This document shows, one piece after another, positions 31,548-41,797 of a DNA stretch of 64,000 nucleotides. Origin of the DNA: Thecamonas trahens ATCC 50062 (Eukaryota; Protista; Apusomonadida). Below the pieces are notes generated by a model, which saw only the letters and a list, made by a program, of their open reading frames with translations, ran no database searches and was not told where the DNA came from. A program made the position numbers and the translations under genes. The stretch spans positions 372,001 to 436,000 of the forward strand of contig NW_013657676.1 in assembly GCF_000142905.1 (NCBI RefSeq), read 5' to 3'. How positions within the stretch are numbered: position 1 is the stretch's first letter; every line of letters starts with the position of its first letter.

Positions 31548-34500
31548 TGTGCAGCAAGAGCAAGCGAAGGGCGGATGAGCTTGCGGCCGGCTGTGCCGAG
31601 CTCCTTTGCGGCTGCGTCGTAGTTGTAGTGGACCTTCATGGCGCCCGAGCCGATGGAGACCGGCACACCCATGATGATGCATTCGGAGACGCCGTTGATG
31701 GCGTCGACACGGTGGCGGACGGCGGCGTCGAACAGGATGTCCATGGTCTTCTCAAACGAGGCGAGCATGAGGGTCGAGTTCTTCATCTTGCCGATGCCGA
31801 AGCGGGTGATGCCGAGGATCTCGCCGCGGAACGACATGAGGTCGGCAAGGAGCATGAGGTGGCGCTGGTCGACAGACATGCCATGAGACGACATGGTAAA
31901 GTCGATCTCATTCATGATGGTCTGGCGGGCGGCCTCGATTCCGAGCGTCCGCTCAACCTCGATGATGTGGTTCGAGGTGGTCGAGTACGCATCGATGCCC
32001 TTGATGCCCATGACGGCCTGGAGGTCAATGCCGTCGACCATGAGCATGTGCTTGCCGGCGTCCTTGGAGATGATGGCACGGTCGACCGAGGGAATGCCGC
32101 ACACCACGATGCCACTCAGCTTGTTCTTGAGCGTCTGGACGGCGGCCGAGAGCGACTCCTTCTCGCGCTGGGCTGGCGTGATGCGAATCGACGTCCTGTC
32201 GACGGCCAGGCTGTCGGGCGTGAGCTTGAGCTTGGAGACAGCGAGGATGGCGGCAGCGACCGACTCGACCGAGACGTCGAGCTGGAGCCTGCGGATGCGG
32301 TCGTCGTCGAGGCGGATGAGCATGTAAACCTGCGAGCGGGCGTAGACCGCGGTGATTTCCGAGGCGATTTCGCCGAGAGTCGTCTTTTCGACGCGGCCCT
32401 TGACAATCCGCGCTGCCCGCTCCTCGTCCGGGTTGAGCAGTGGCGCCTTGATGATGGGCGTTGAGATGTTCTTGGACGCATTGATGATCTCACGGATGCG
32501 CGGGACGCCGAGGGTGATGTTCATCGACGCCACGCCGGCAAAGTGGAAGGTCTTGAGCGTCATTTGGGTTCCGGGCTCACCGATCGACTGTGCGCCGAGC
32601 GCGCCCACAGCCGAGCCGGGCTCGATCTCGGCGCGCCGGTACTTGAAAAAGGCGGTGGTGAGGAAGGCATCGAGCTGCGACGGCATGACCGAGGCGGCCT
32701 CGCCGACGGCGTGCTCGACGCCGGCAAGAGCCGAGCCCGGCTCTGCGGCGGTGTGCGGGTCGAGGCCGAACCGGGCCCGCGTCTCGGCAAGTTCGTCAAC
32801 CTTTTCGATCATAAAGGCGCGCAAATCCTCGAGGAACTTTTCCGAGACGAGCTCGGCCCGCGGGACGCTGCCGCCGGCGCCGAGGCGGGTCATGTCCGGC
32901 GCGGCGAAAAAGGCGGAGAGTCGGTCGAGCATCTGGCGCGGAAGGAGCCAGGCCTCGGCTGCCGCGCGTGAGCGGACGGCAGCCTCGACGCGAGCCGACG
33001 AAAAGGTCCGCTCAAAGTTGACCGGCTTGGAGTCGCCCTCCATTAGCGACGGATCGAGGCAGTCGTCGCCGTAGCGGAACTGGATGACCGAGCCGACCGA
33101 GTTGCGGACGGTGCCGTCGTACTGGACCGAGAGGTCCTCGAGCGCCTTCATGAGGCGGCGCTGCATGTACCCAGTGTCTGCGGTCTTGACGGCGGTATCG
33201 ACGAGGCCTTCGCGGCCACCCATGGTGTGGAAGAAGAACTCGGTCGGGTTGAGGCCCGAGTAGAACGAGTTGGCACAAAAGCCCTTGGCGGCCGGGATCC
33301 GCGAGTTCTTCTCAAACATAGGCAGGGTGCGGTAGAGGAACCCGTTGGGGATGCGCGAGCCGGAGACGGTCTGCTGGCCGACGCAGGCCACCATCTGCGA
33401 GATGTTGATGTTGGAGCCCTTGGATCCACACATGGTCATGATGAGCGGAGCGTTGGTCGGCTTGAGCTCGGCGAGGCAAATGTCACCGCATTCGCCACGG
33501 ACGTCCGACAGGACCTTAGTGATCTTGTTCTCGAGCGTCTGCTCGGCCGAGCAGCCGGCCTGGAGCACGAGCTCGCCGCGGCCAAACTGGGCGATGAGCT
33601 CGTCGACAGCGGCGTACGCGTCTGCGATCTTGGCCGCCTTGCGCTTGACGAGCGACGCCGAGGGCGTGACGTCCGAGATGCCGATGGAGAAGCCGTACGA
33701 TGCCAGCCAGCGGGCTGAGAACTTGGCGAGGCGCTGCATGGCGCGCGCGGCCTGCGCCGGCGAGTTGTCGCGCTCGATGACGTAGAAGAGCGAGGCCTTG
33801 GAGCCCGAGCCCACAATGGCCTTGTCCACCACCCCCGCGAGCAGCTGCGAGTTGTAGAAGAGCGTCCACCCGTCCGACGGGCACATTTCGGCGCCGGCCT
33901 TGGAGTACGACTTGTTCTTGGTCGAGAGATTGACTGTGACTTCGCGGTTCGGGTCGCCGGTGCCCGAGTAGTTGGCCGCAGGGTTGAGGAGGACCGAGAA
34001 GACCTGCTTGCCAGTCCACAGCTCGACCGGCTTGAGAATGGCCGGCGGCGGGAGGACAATGCGCTCGGCAGCATCGGCAAAGTAGGTGCACGCCTGGCAG
34101 AACTGCGCCTTGTCGAGGAACATGTCTTTGTGCGTCACCAGGTAAGTGCAGGTGATAAAGTCCTGGATGGCGGCAATGAGCGGCTCGCCCGACCGTGGCG
34201 TCACCAGATTGTTCTCTACGCCCATGAGCACCGAGGCCTCGGCCCGCGACTCCTCGGTCTGCGGGACGTGGAGGTTCATCTCGTCGCCGTCAAAGTCGGC
34301 GTTGTACGGCGAGCAGACACAGACGTTGAACCGGAACGTGCGCCACGGCATGACCCGGACGCGGTGCGACATGATCGAGACCTTGTGGAGTGACGGCTGC
34401 CGGTTGAACAGCACCACGTCGCCATTACGGACGTGCCGCTCGACCACGTCGCCGTCGCGGAGCGAGAGTGCCACCTTGTGCCGGTTGGTGTACTTGAGGT

Positions 34501-35929
34501 ACTTTTTCGCGCCCGACCGCTCCACGATAAAGTTGGCACCGTTGAAGCCGTCCGGCCCGGCCCGGACCGCCTCCTGCAACTGGGCCCGGTTCGCCGCGCA
34601 CACCGTCTGTGGGTAGGTGAGCACCTTGGCAAGGAGCGCAGGCATGACCACTTCGTTGATCGACATGTTGGGGTCTGGCGAAATGACAGTCCGCGACGAA
34701 AAGTCGACTCGCTTGCCCGACAGGTTGCCGCGGAACCGCCCGGTCTTGCCCTTCATCCGCTGGCAGAGTCCGGTGTACTTGCGCGACTTCATCGACTGTC
34801 GGACAGACGCCGGCACCCCCGGCAGCTCCGAGTTGATGTAAGACGCCACCTGAAGCTGCATAAAGTCCCACAGGCCCTGCACGTTGCTCACCGACGAGCC
34901 CTTGGACAGGGAGTCCTTGATGATGGTGTTGATGTGCACAATGTCGCCGATCTTGATCGTCAGATCGTCCTCGTTCGAGCCTGACGTCATCGCTGCAGTC
35001 ACTGACGGCCGGATGCAGACCGGCGGGACAAGGAGCTTGGTGAGAATCATCTCCTCCGGTCGCCCCACCAGCGGCCGCATGCTCAGCATCTCGCAGTCCT
35101 CCGTCGACAGCCGCTGCAGGAGCGAGAGCGCCACAGCAGGCGTGATCGTGTCCTGTACCTTGGACAGCAGTGGCTCGAGCTCCTTGTTAGCTGCGAGCGC
35201 AGCCTCCAGCGAGGCGTAGAGCTCCTCCGTCCCGTCGTCGCGCTTGGACCGGAACCGCTCGTGCACAATCTTGAGCGCGCCGGCCTTCTTGACCGAGCCC
35301 ACCACCGCGTCGCAGTGCGCGCACCGCGTCATCCGTTTGCACTTTTCGATGACCAGCTTTTGCAGCTGCCGCTGCTGCAGCGGCTTGCCCTCGTACGCCC
35401 GCATCCGCGCCAGATACTGCGCAGCCTCGGCCTCGTAGATCAGCGTCCGCGCGCACACCTTGCAAATGCACTGCAGCAGCGTCATCACCGTCTTAAAGTA
35501 CCCGATATGAAAGACAGGCAGCTCCAAATCTACCACTCCAAAGTGGCCCACGCAGTCGGCGAGCTTCCGCCCGCACGTCTCGCACAGCGTGACCTTGGAC
35601 GATGCTCCCAGCCGGAGGTCGAGCGGTCCAAAGGGTTGTGGCACACGCGACGGCTGTTGGTACAGCTCACGGTTGACCACCTGGAGGTGCGCCACTCTCT
35701 GCATCTCGTGCGGCTTAAGCATCCCAAACTGAAGGTGTGACCTATGGGGGATGTGAGGGTGAGTGTAAAGGGGGGGGGAGGAGGGGAGGGGGGGAGACGG
35801 GCAGCTCCATCACACTCGCGTCACCACATACACCTTCATGGGCTTGTCCGACTCGCGAAGCTGGCGCTTTGCGCCCTTTGTTGGGTCGAGTGGCCACACA
35901 TTGCACAGCTCGTGCCACTGCGAGGACAT
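31544..35929 (-). CDS. POLR3A: RNA polymerase III largest subunit; intron 35831-35742
   Basis: YNADFDGDEMN, GRFRGNLSGKRVDFS, TQMTLKTFHFAGVASMNITLGVPR. Spliced N-terminus KRQLRESDKPMKV|SHLQFG. Confidence 0.97.
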
Positions 35930-36391
35930 GGCGTGTGGAGCGTGGAGGGTGAGGTGTCCAGACGGGTCGGTAGCTGTGGCCAAGGGAGGGGGGGGAGACC
36001 ATCGGGTCGAAGCCATTCGATGCTATGATGCGGGAGAGGAGGGAGGGGCCATAGTCAGGCCAGGGTAATGCTGGGCCATACTATTTCCACCATCTGTACA
36101 TCCATCCACCATCAGATGGTGATGATTTTATTATCGGACTCTTCTAGCGGTGGGCGTAGGCCATATGCCCAGGTATCTTCATGTTGGTTGTTGATGGGGG
36201 TGGGCGGGTGAAGGGGAGGGGGAGGGGAGGGGGATAAGGGGGGGGGGGGGCTGGCCTCAGCAGAGGAATCACCGACCAACAACTGGGCGGAGCCCCACCC
36301 TCGGCGCCGCCCACTCACTCCCACTCTGCCCCTCCTCTCCTCCCAACGCGGCGGACACACGACTCGGTGCGACCGGAGACCGTGGGGAGCA

Positions 36392-37455
36392 ATGGCGGCA
36401 GTGAGTACGTATACAAACATAGGCAGCGGTGGAGGAGGAGTTTGTGTGTGCCTGAGAGAGAAGGGGAGGGGGGCGAGAGCGAGAGAGGGAGAGGCAGGGG
36501 AGGGGGGCGCGGGCGCTGTGCCTCTCCCCTTCCTCCGTGTGCGATCACTCCCCCTGTGTGGGGAGGGGGGGAGGGGGGGAGGAGACATGGCGGTGGGCAA
36601 AAAAATGGAGGGGTGTGGGTATGGGCATGGGTGGTGTGGAGCGACACAGAGGGGAAGGAGAGGAAGGAGGTGATGGTGGATAGACAAGGCTTGGTTGAGG
36701 GTGGGAGGGAATGTAGCGGTTGCTGCTTTGGCTTTGTTGGCAAAGGGGTGGGGAGGGGCACGTGACACGCCGCCAGGCGTGATGGAAGCCGACGGCATGA
36801 AGCCCCCCCCCCCCCCCCCCCCTTCCTCCCTGTGAACTCCCTGAACGACTATGGTTACCGCACTGAGAGGAGATGACTCACAGAATGGATGTGGGAGGGC
36901 ATAGAGCGGTTGTTCCAGTCGTTTGTGTCGTGGATCAAGAACTTGTTCTGGAAGCAGGAGATGGAGCTCACGCTGGTGGGCCTCAACAACTCGGGCAAGA
37001 CTACGCTGGTCAACGTCATCTCCTCGGGTGAGTTCAGAGAGGACATGATTCCGACGGTAGGGTTCAACATGCGCAAGGTGCAAAAGGGCAACGTGACCAT
37101 CAAGCTGTGGGACATCGGAGGCCAGTCGCGCTTCCGCTCCATGTGGGAGCGCTACTGCCGCGGCGTCTCGGCCATTGTGTATGTGGTGGACGCGGCTGAC
37201 CACGCAGTCATCGAACAGTCCCGTGAGGAGCTGCATGCCTTGCTGTCCAAGGTCCAGCTCTCTGGCATCCCGCTCCTGGTCCTCGGCAACAAGAACGACC
37301 TGCCCGAGGCCCTCTCCTCCGAGGACCTCATCGAGGCTCTCGACCTCCAGTCCATCACAAATCGCGAGGTCTGCTGCTTCTCCATCTCCGCCAAGGATGG
37401 AGTCAACATCGACATCACCCTCGAGTGGCTGGTCAAGCACTCGAAGAAGTCGTAA
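36392..37455 (+). CDS. ARL8: ADP-ribosylation factor-like GTPase 8; probable short first exon 36392-36404, main exon 36884-37455
   Basis: [46 protein letters not shown]. Confidence 0.95.
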
Positions 37456-37575
37456 GGCCACTATCACCCTCCCTCCCTCCCTCCCTCCCTCCCTAAAGCC
37501 CTTGAGGTTGCCAACCCGACCGCGCCACCCCACCACACTCCGAGCCACCTCACCTCACCTCCCCCCTTCCCTCTA

Positions 37576-39957
37576 ATGCGTGCAGCCGTCCTTCTGGCAG
37601 CTAGCCTGCTCCTGGCCGCAGCAATAGGCTGTACCCTGAGCACCCTCCCGGGATGGGGACCCAACCTATGCACCATGTCGTACATGTACCCGTGGTACGC
37701 CCCGGTCGAGCTCGCAACGTCGTCGGCCGGCTACGGACTCGTCCGGTACCGCGAGGCTGGCCAGCCTCCGCCCGAGCCGCTCCCGCACCACCCGCGCTCT
37801 GCTGTCCTCTTCTTGCCCGGAAATGCAGGCTCAGCCTCGCAGGTCCGATCGCTCGGCGCGGCCGCGGCGGCCATAAGCTCTCCGCTCGCCTGGTTCGCCC
37901 TCGACGTCGACGAGGAGAAGTCGGCGCTGCAAGGTCAGCGCCTGTTAGCCCAAGCCTCGGCTGCTATCGATGCGCTGCGCGAGCTCTCTGCCGCAGAGGG
38001 CTACTCCCGCTGGATTCTGATCGGTCACTCGATGGGCGGCATCACCGCCCGTCTCGTTCCGCAGCTTCTAGCCTCGGCGGCAAACGAGGACACCGCCGCC
38101 CTCGGCGCGTCGATCGCCGCCGTCGTCACACTCGCCACGCCACACGCTGCGCCTGTCGTCACTGCAGACGGCACCATCGAGTCAATCTATGCTCTCCTCG
38201 CCCATCCGCGCGACACTGCTGTTCCGGTCGTCTCGATCTCGGGCGGTCCGCGCGACGAGCTCATCCCTGCCCACCTCACGCATCTCGCCCTCCCTCGTGG
38301 ACACCTCTCCCTGCCCTGGCTGCATGTTCCCTCTCTGGCGCTGCCTGGATCATGGCGCTCAGCCGACCATCTATGCATTCTCTGGTGCCGTGAGCTCGTC
38401 ACCGCTGTTGCTGGCTACGTTGACAACGTCGCGAGGTCGGGGAACGGCTGGGCGGACGCTCTTGCCGCCTTTGCGCCGCATCGCGCTTTGCCGCTGCCTC
38501 GCCCTGGCGGCGAGAGCGAGCGCGAGGACTCGGCTCAGCCTGTCAAGCTGGATCGTGCTGGCCGAGCTCGCCTCCAGCCGCATGTTAGGTACTCGTTGCC
38601 TACCTCCGATGCATGTGTCGGCTTCATTGTCACTGCCAGAGCGCCGGCTGCGTGGTGGGCACTGGATGTGTCGGGCGAAACCCGTGCTCCTCAGCCGCTT
38701 CCACCGGCCCAGGCTACAACGCCAGCGAGTGACGATCCGCGTTCGGCGGTGCTTGTCGCGGGTGCGGCTCGCGCGGCAACCGCGATGTGGTGGCCGGGCC
38801 AAGGCCGAGGCACCCCGAGCGAGGCCGTGCTCCTCTGCTTGCCCCCAACGCCAGCGCCGGGCATGCCGGTGCTCCAAACTCTGACCTCGCCTTGGCCTGC
38901 GCTTCTGCCGGTCACCGAGCTGAGTTGGACCTTGGAACGGAGCCCAGGATGGCGTGGATGGGTGGCAACGACGCCGGTTGACGCAGCTGGTGCCGGTGTC
39001 GGCGCTCCAGCCTGGTTTGCACAGTTTGCGCAGGGCGTGCCGGATGGACTCGCCGGCGAGCAGCTGACGGTGTTTGGCGACGAGTGGGCACTTGATGCCC
39101 CGCTGGACGCCTTGCACGTTCTCTGGTTTCCTGAGTGCCCTGGATCCGCGGCAGCATGTGGCACACCGCCGCCGCACCCGCGTCTCTCTCTTCACGGAGT
39201 GATCCGTAAGTGGGTGGCACGTCACGCACCGGCGCTCCTTCCACTGGCATCGGTGGCGGCACTGGCGTGTGCGGGTGGCCTGAGTGGTGCAACCACGACA
39301 GTCCTGGTGGCACTCGCGAGTGTGCGTGGCTCGTGGGCTCTCGCGCCGTCGCCGTGGCATACGCTCACGCTCACGCTGGGCGCGGCCTGTCTCGCTCTCG
39401 GGGTCAACGTCGTCGCTCGGATTGTCCTCGCTGCCGCCGGCTTGCTCCCAATCTGGCTTCGCTGCGGGTGCGAGTCGCGGCTGGCAGCCCGGGCGCTCCT
39501 GGCGGTAGCCGCAGTCGTCGGGTGGCTCGCAGAATGGTGCTTTGTTCCGGGTCTCGCGCTTCTTGTCCTCACACTGCGGCTCGGCGGGAGCGGGAGTGGG
39601 AGCGCATGGCGATGGAGCGCGTCGCTACTGGGCGCACTTCCGTCGCTTGCCAACGCGTACGTCGCCATCGAGTCGCGCAAGGGCAGCAGCGGCCCGCTGG
39701 CGTCTGTGGGTGAGCCGGGCGGTGCAGCACTCTCGGCGCTGCTCGCAGTCGTGGTCCAGCCGGGACTGCAGACGCCGGCCGATCCGCAGGCAGCGCGGAT
39801 GGCCGTGGCGGGAACGACTGCTTTGCTTGCGGTTTTGGCGCTTGGCTATCCAGCGGCATACTACATGCACGCGGCGCTGGGTGCAGCGAGTGGGCTGGTG
39901 CCGGCAGCGGTGGCCGCGACATTGCGCGCGCAGACGCGTGCGCACAAGACGCAATAG
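37576..39957 (+). CDS. PGAP1: GPI inositol-deacylase (PGAP1/Bst1)
   Basis: CTMSYMYP, FLPGNAGSASQVRSLG, GHSMGG lipase motif, DHLCILWC, C-terminal TM segments. Confidence 0.9.
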   Translation: MRAAVLLAASLLLAAAIGCTLSTLPGWGPNLCTMSYMYPWYAPVELATSSAGYGLVRYREAGQPPPEPLPHHPRSAVLFLPGNAGSASQVRSLGAAAAAISSPLAWFALDVDEEKSALQGQRLLAQASAAIDALRELSAAEGYSRWILIGHSMGGITARLVPQLLASAANEDTAALGASIAAVVTLATPHAAPVVTADGTIESIYALLAHPRDTAVPVVSISGGPRDELIPAHLTHLALPRGHLSLPWLHVPSLALPGSWRSADHLCILWCRELVTAVAGYVDNVARSGNGWADALAAFAPHRALPLPRPGGESEREDSAQPVKLDRAGRARLQPHVRYSLPTSDACVGFIVTARAPAAWWALDVSGETRAPQPLPPAQATTPASDDPRSAVLVAGAARAATAMWWPGQGRGTPSEAVLLCLPPTPAPGMPVLQTLTSPWPALLPVTELSWTLERSPGWRGWVATTPVDAAGAGVGAPAWFAQFAQGVPDGLAGEQLTVFGDEWALDAPLDALHVLWFPECPGSAAACGTPPPHPRLSLHGVIRKWVARHAPALLPLASVAALACAGGLSGATTTVLVALASVRGSWALAPSPWHTLTLTLGAACLALGVNVVARIVLAAAGLLPIWLRCGCESRLAARALLAVAAVVGWLAEWCFVPGLALLVLTLRLGGSGSGSAWRWSASLLGALPSLANAYVAIESRKGSSGPLASVGEPGGAALSALLAVVVQPGLQTPADPQAARMAVAGTTALLAVLALGYPAAYYMHAALGAASGLVPAAVAATLRAQTRAHKTQ

Positions 39958-39971
39958 TTTGACCAAAGTAC

Positions 39972-41636
39972 TCATGACGGCGCCGGAGCAGTGGCGAGAA
40001 GATCAGATAGATCGACGCCATGCCGCGAAGCGCCGAGCGAGTTCCAGATGATGTAGTCGGACGAGACGAGCTCGTGGTCAACGTTGAGCTTGGTCCGGGT
40101 CTTCGGGTAGACCGAGACGGCGTCGCGGGCAATGTGAACGCCTGACAGCGTCGTGTTGGTCATCTTAAAGTCGAGCGCAATGTAGGCATTGGAGGCGACA
40201 CAGAACGGGTCGTCGGATGGCGCAGCGAGGTGGGCGACGGCGGTACGTGCGGCGTCGGCGGCGGCGGCATCAGCGGCCAGCGACGCCAGCGCCACAGCCG
40301 ACCCGGCGTTGAGCTCATCGAGAGCAAGCGAGGTCGGGGTCGGCTGCGGCGGCTGCGGTGCGAGCGCAGCGGCATCGACATCAAGCAGGCGAGGGCTGCC
40401 GTGAAACGTGATTGTGCCCGGAAGCTCGACTTCGGCGTTGCCGACCGACCATCGTTCGGTGAGGATCCAGACAAGCGCCCGCCGGTCTGCGGTGACGTTG
40501 ACAATACCAGCGGAAGGGCGCAGATCGACGTGGGTAATCTGACCGTGGTTGTGAAACGGGATGCGGACTTGGCAATAGCCGACGTCAGCCTTGACGCACA
40601 GCTTGAGCTGGATTAGCAGGTGGATGGTCTGCGGGCCGAGCGGCGACTGCTGGTAAAAGCCGCGGATCGGGAGCGAGCCCGGGACCGAGACTGGAACCGA
40701 GTACTGCGCCACTGCCAGCGTCTCCAGCGGCGGAATGAGCGAGAGCTTACCGGTGGTGGGCTCAAAGACCGAGACCGCCGGATCGAGGGCAAGGGACTCG
40801 ACCTGCGCCAACGTCGGCGCCATGACAGTCACCTCGGGCACACCCTCGAGCAACGCCTTGACCTGAAGCGAACCCTGGACAACGCAAACGTCCGCCAGGT
40901 GCGGCACGTCGTACTGGACGGCGCGGACCGACTCGGAGACACGAATGTCGACAACTTGCCGCGAACGCGACTTGGCTAGGAACGGCTTGGACGCCGGAAT
41001 CTTGGCCACCGCCGCAGGGCCCTGGACCGACGCAATCAAGTCGCGCGGCTTGTGGGCCATGTACTTGCGGATGGCAGGAAGGTCGAGCGTGAGGACCGTG
41101 CCGAGCGGGAGCGCAAAGGCCACAAAGACGTCGATGACGCCCATGTGGGCCAGATCGTAGCCGGGCGCGTAGCCGGCAAGCAGCTCGGCGAGCGTGGCAG
41201 CGAGGCCATGGCCGACCGTCACACTTGGCTCGTCCACCAGGCGGCCAGCATGCTGCGCGCCGGGCTTGACGCTCGGCGCCACTACCACCACCAGTGGGCC
41301 GGTCCGATGGAGGCAGAGCGGCCAGAGGCCGGCGGCCGAGGCAGCCACCGCGGCGTCGGACGCCCCGTCGTCGCCACCGAGCGCGGGTGTACTCGGCAGG
41401 ATCTCCCCCACCACTGCCTCGAGTACAGCCGAGCTTGTCGGCAATGGGGCTGGTACTGCGAGCTTGGCGCTCTCGGTAGCCACGGCCGTCCGCCGCAGTC
41501 CTGCTTCGACCACCGGAAACGTCCGCGCTGCCACCACACCAGGCTCATCGACCCTCAGCACCCACAGGGCACGCATGCCCTGGCCAAGCCTCACCGGTGT
41601 CCTCTGCGCCTCGCTCTGTCCCACTTTCGCGGCCAT
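39972..41636 (-). CDS. AP5M1: AP-5 complex mu subunit
   Basis: RALWVL..RTFPVVE N-terminus; LPLGT; mu-homology domain (ESVRAVQYD..VQGSLQVKALLEG, LPIRGFYQ, TTLSG, SSDYIIWNS). Confidence 0.85.
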   Translation of the reverse strand: MAAKVGQSEAQRTPVRLGQGMRALWVLRVDEPGVVAARTFPVVEAGLRRTAVATESAKLAVPAPLPTSSAVLEAVVGEILPSTPALGGDDGASDAAVAASAAGLWPLCLHRTGPLVVVVAPSVKPGAQHAGRLVDEPSVTVGHGLAATLAELLAGYAPGYDLAHMGVIDVFVAFALPLGTVLTLDLPAIRKYMAHKPRDLIASVQGPAAVAKIPASKPFLAKSRSRQVVDIRVSESVRAVQYDVPHLADVCVVQGSLQVKALLEGVPEVTVMAPTLAQVESLALDPAVSVFEPTTGKLSLIPPLETLAVAQYSVPVSVPGSLPIRGFYQQSPLGPQTIHLLIQLKLCVKADVGYCQVRIPFHNHGQITHVDLRPSAGIVNVTADRRALVWILTERWSVGNAEVELPGTITFHGSPRLLDVDAAALAPQPPQPTPTSLALDELNAGSAVALASLAADAAAADAARTAVAHLAAPSDDPFCVASNAYIALDFKMTNTTLSGVHIARDAVSVYPKTRTKLNVDHELVSSDYIIWNSLGASRHGVDLSDLLATAPAPS

Positions 41637-41797
41637 GGGCTTGTGTGTGCAGCACGGGATGGGTGTGGCGCGGGGGGTGGGGGTGTGTCGAGAGTGTAGT
41701 CACGCGCGTCGAACGCCAGTTGTGGGGAGGACAGCTGCTGGTGAGCGACGGATGGGCATCCGCGGGAGACTGTAATGTACAAGAGCTAGGAAGGCGA

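Noticed and set aside
36108-36122. Short inverted repeat caccatc-a-gatggtg in the POLR3A/ARL8 divergent spacer
   Set aside because: A 7-bp arm is expected by chance in 64 kb; no further support
29890-41636. Apparent cluster of trafficking genes (clathrin-like, ARL8, AP5M1; VPS50 further upstream)
   Set aside because: Interspersed with unrelated genes (POLR3A, PGAP1); such genes are common, so clustering cannot be supported without synteny data
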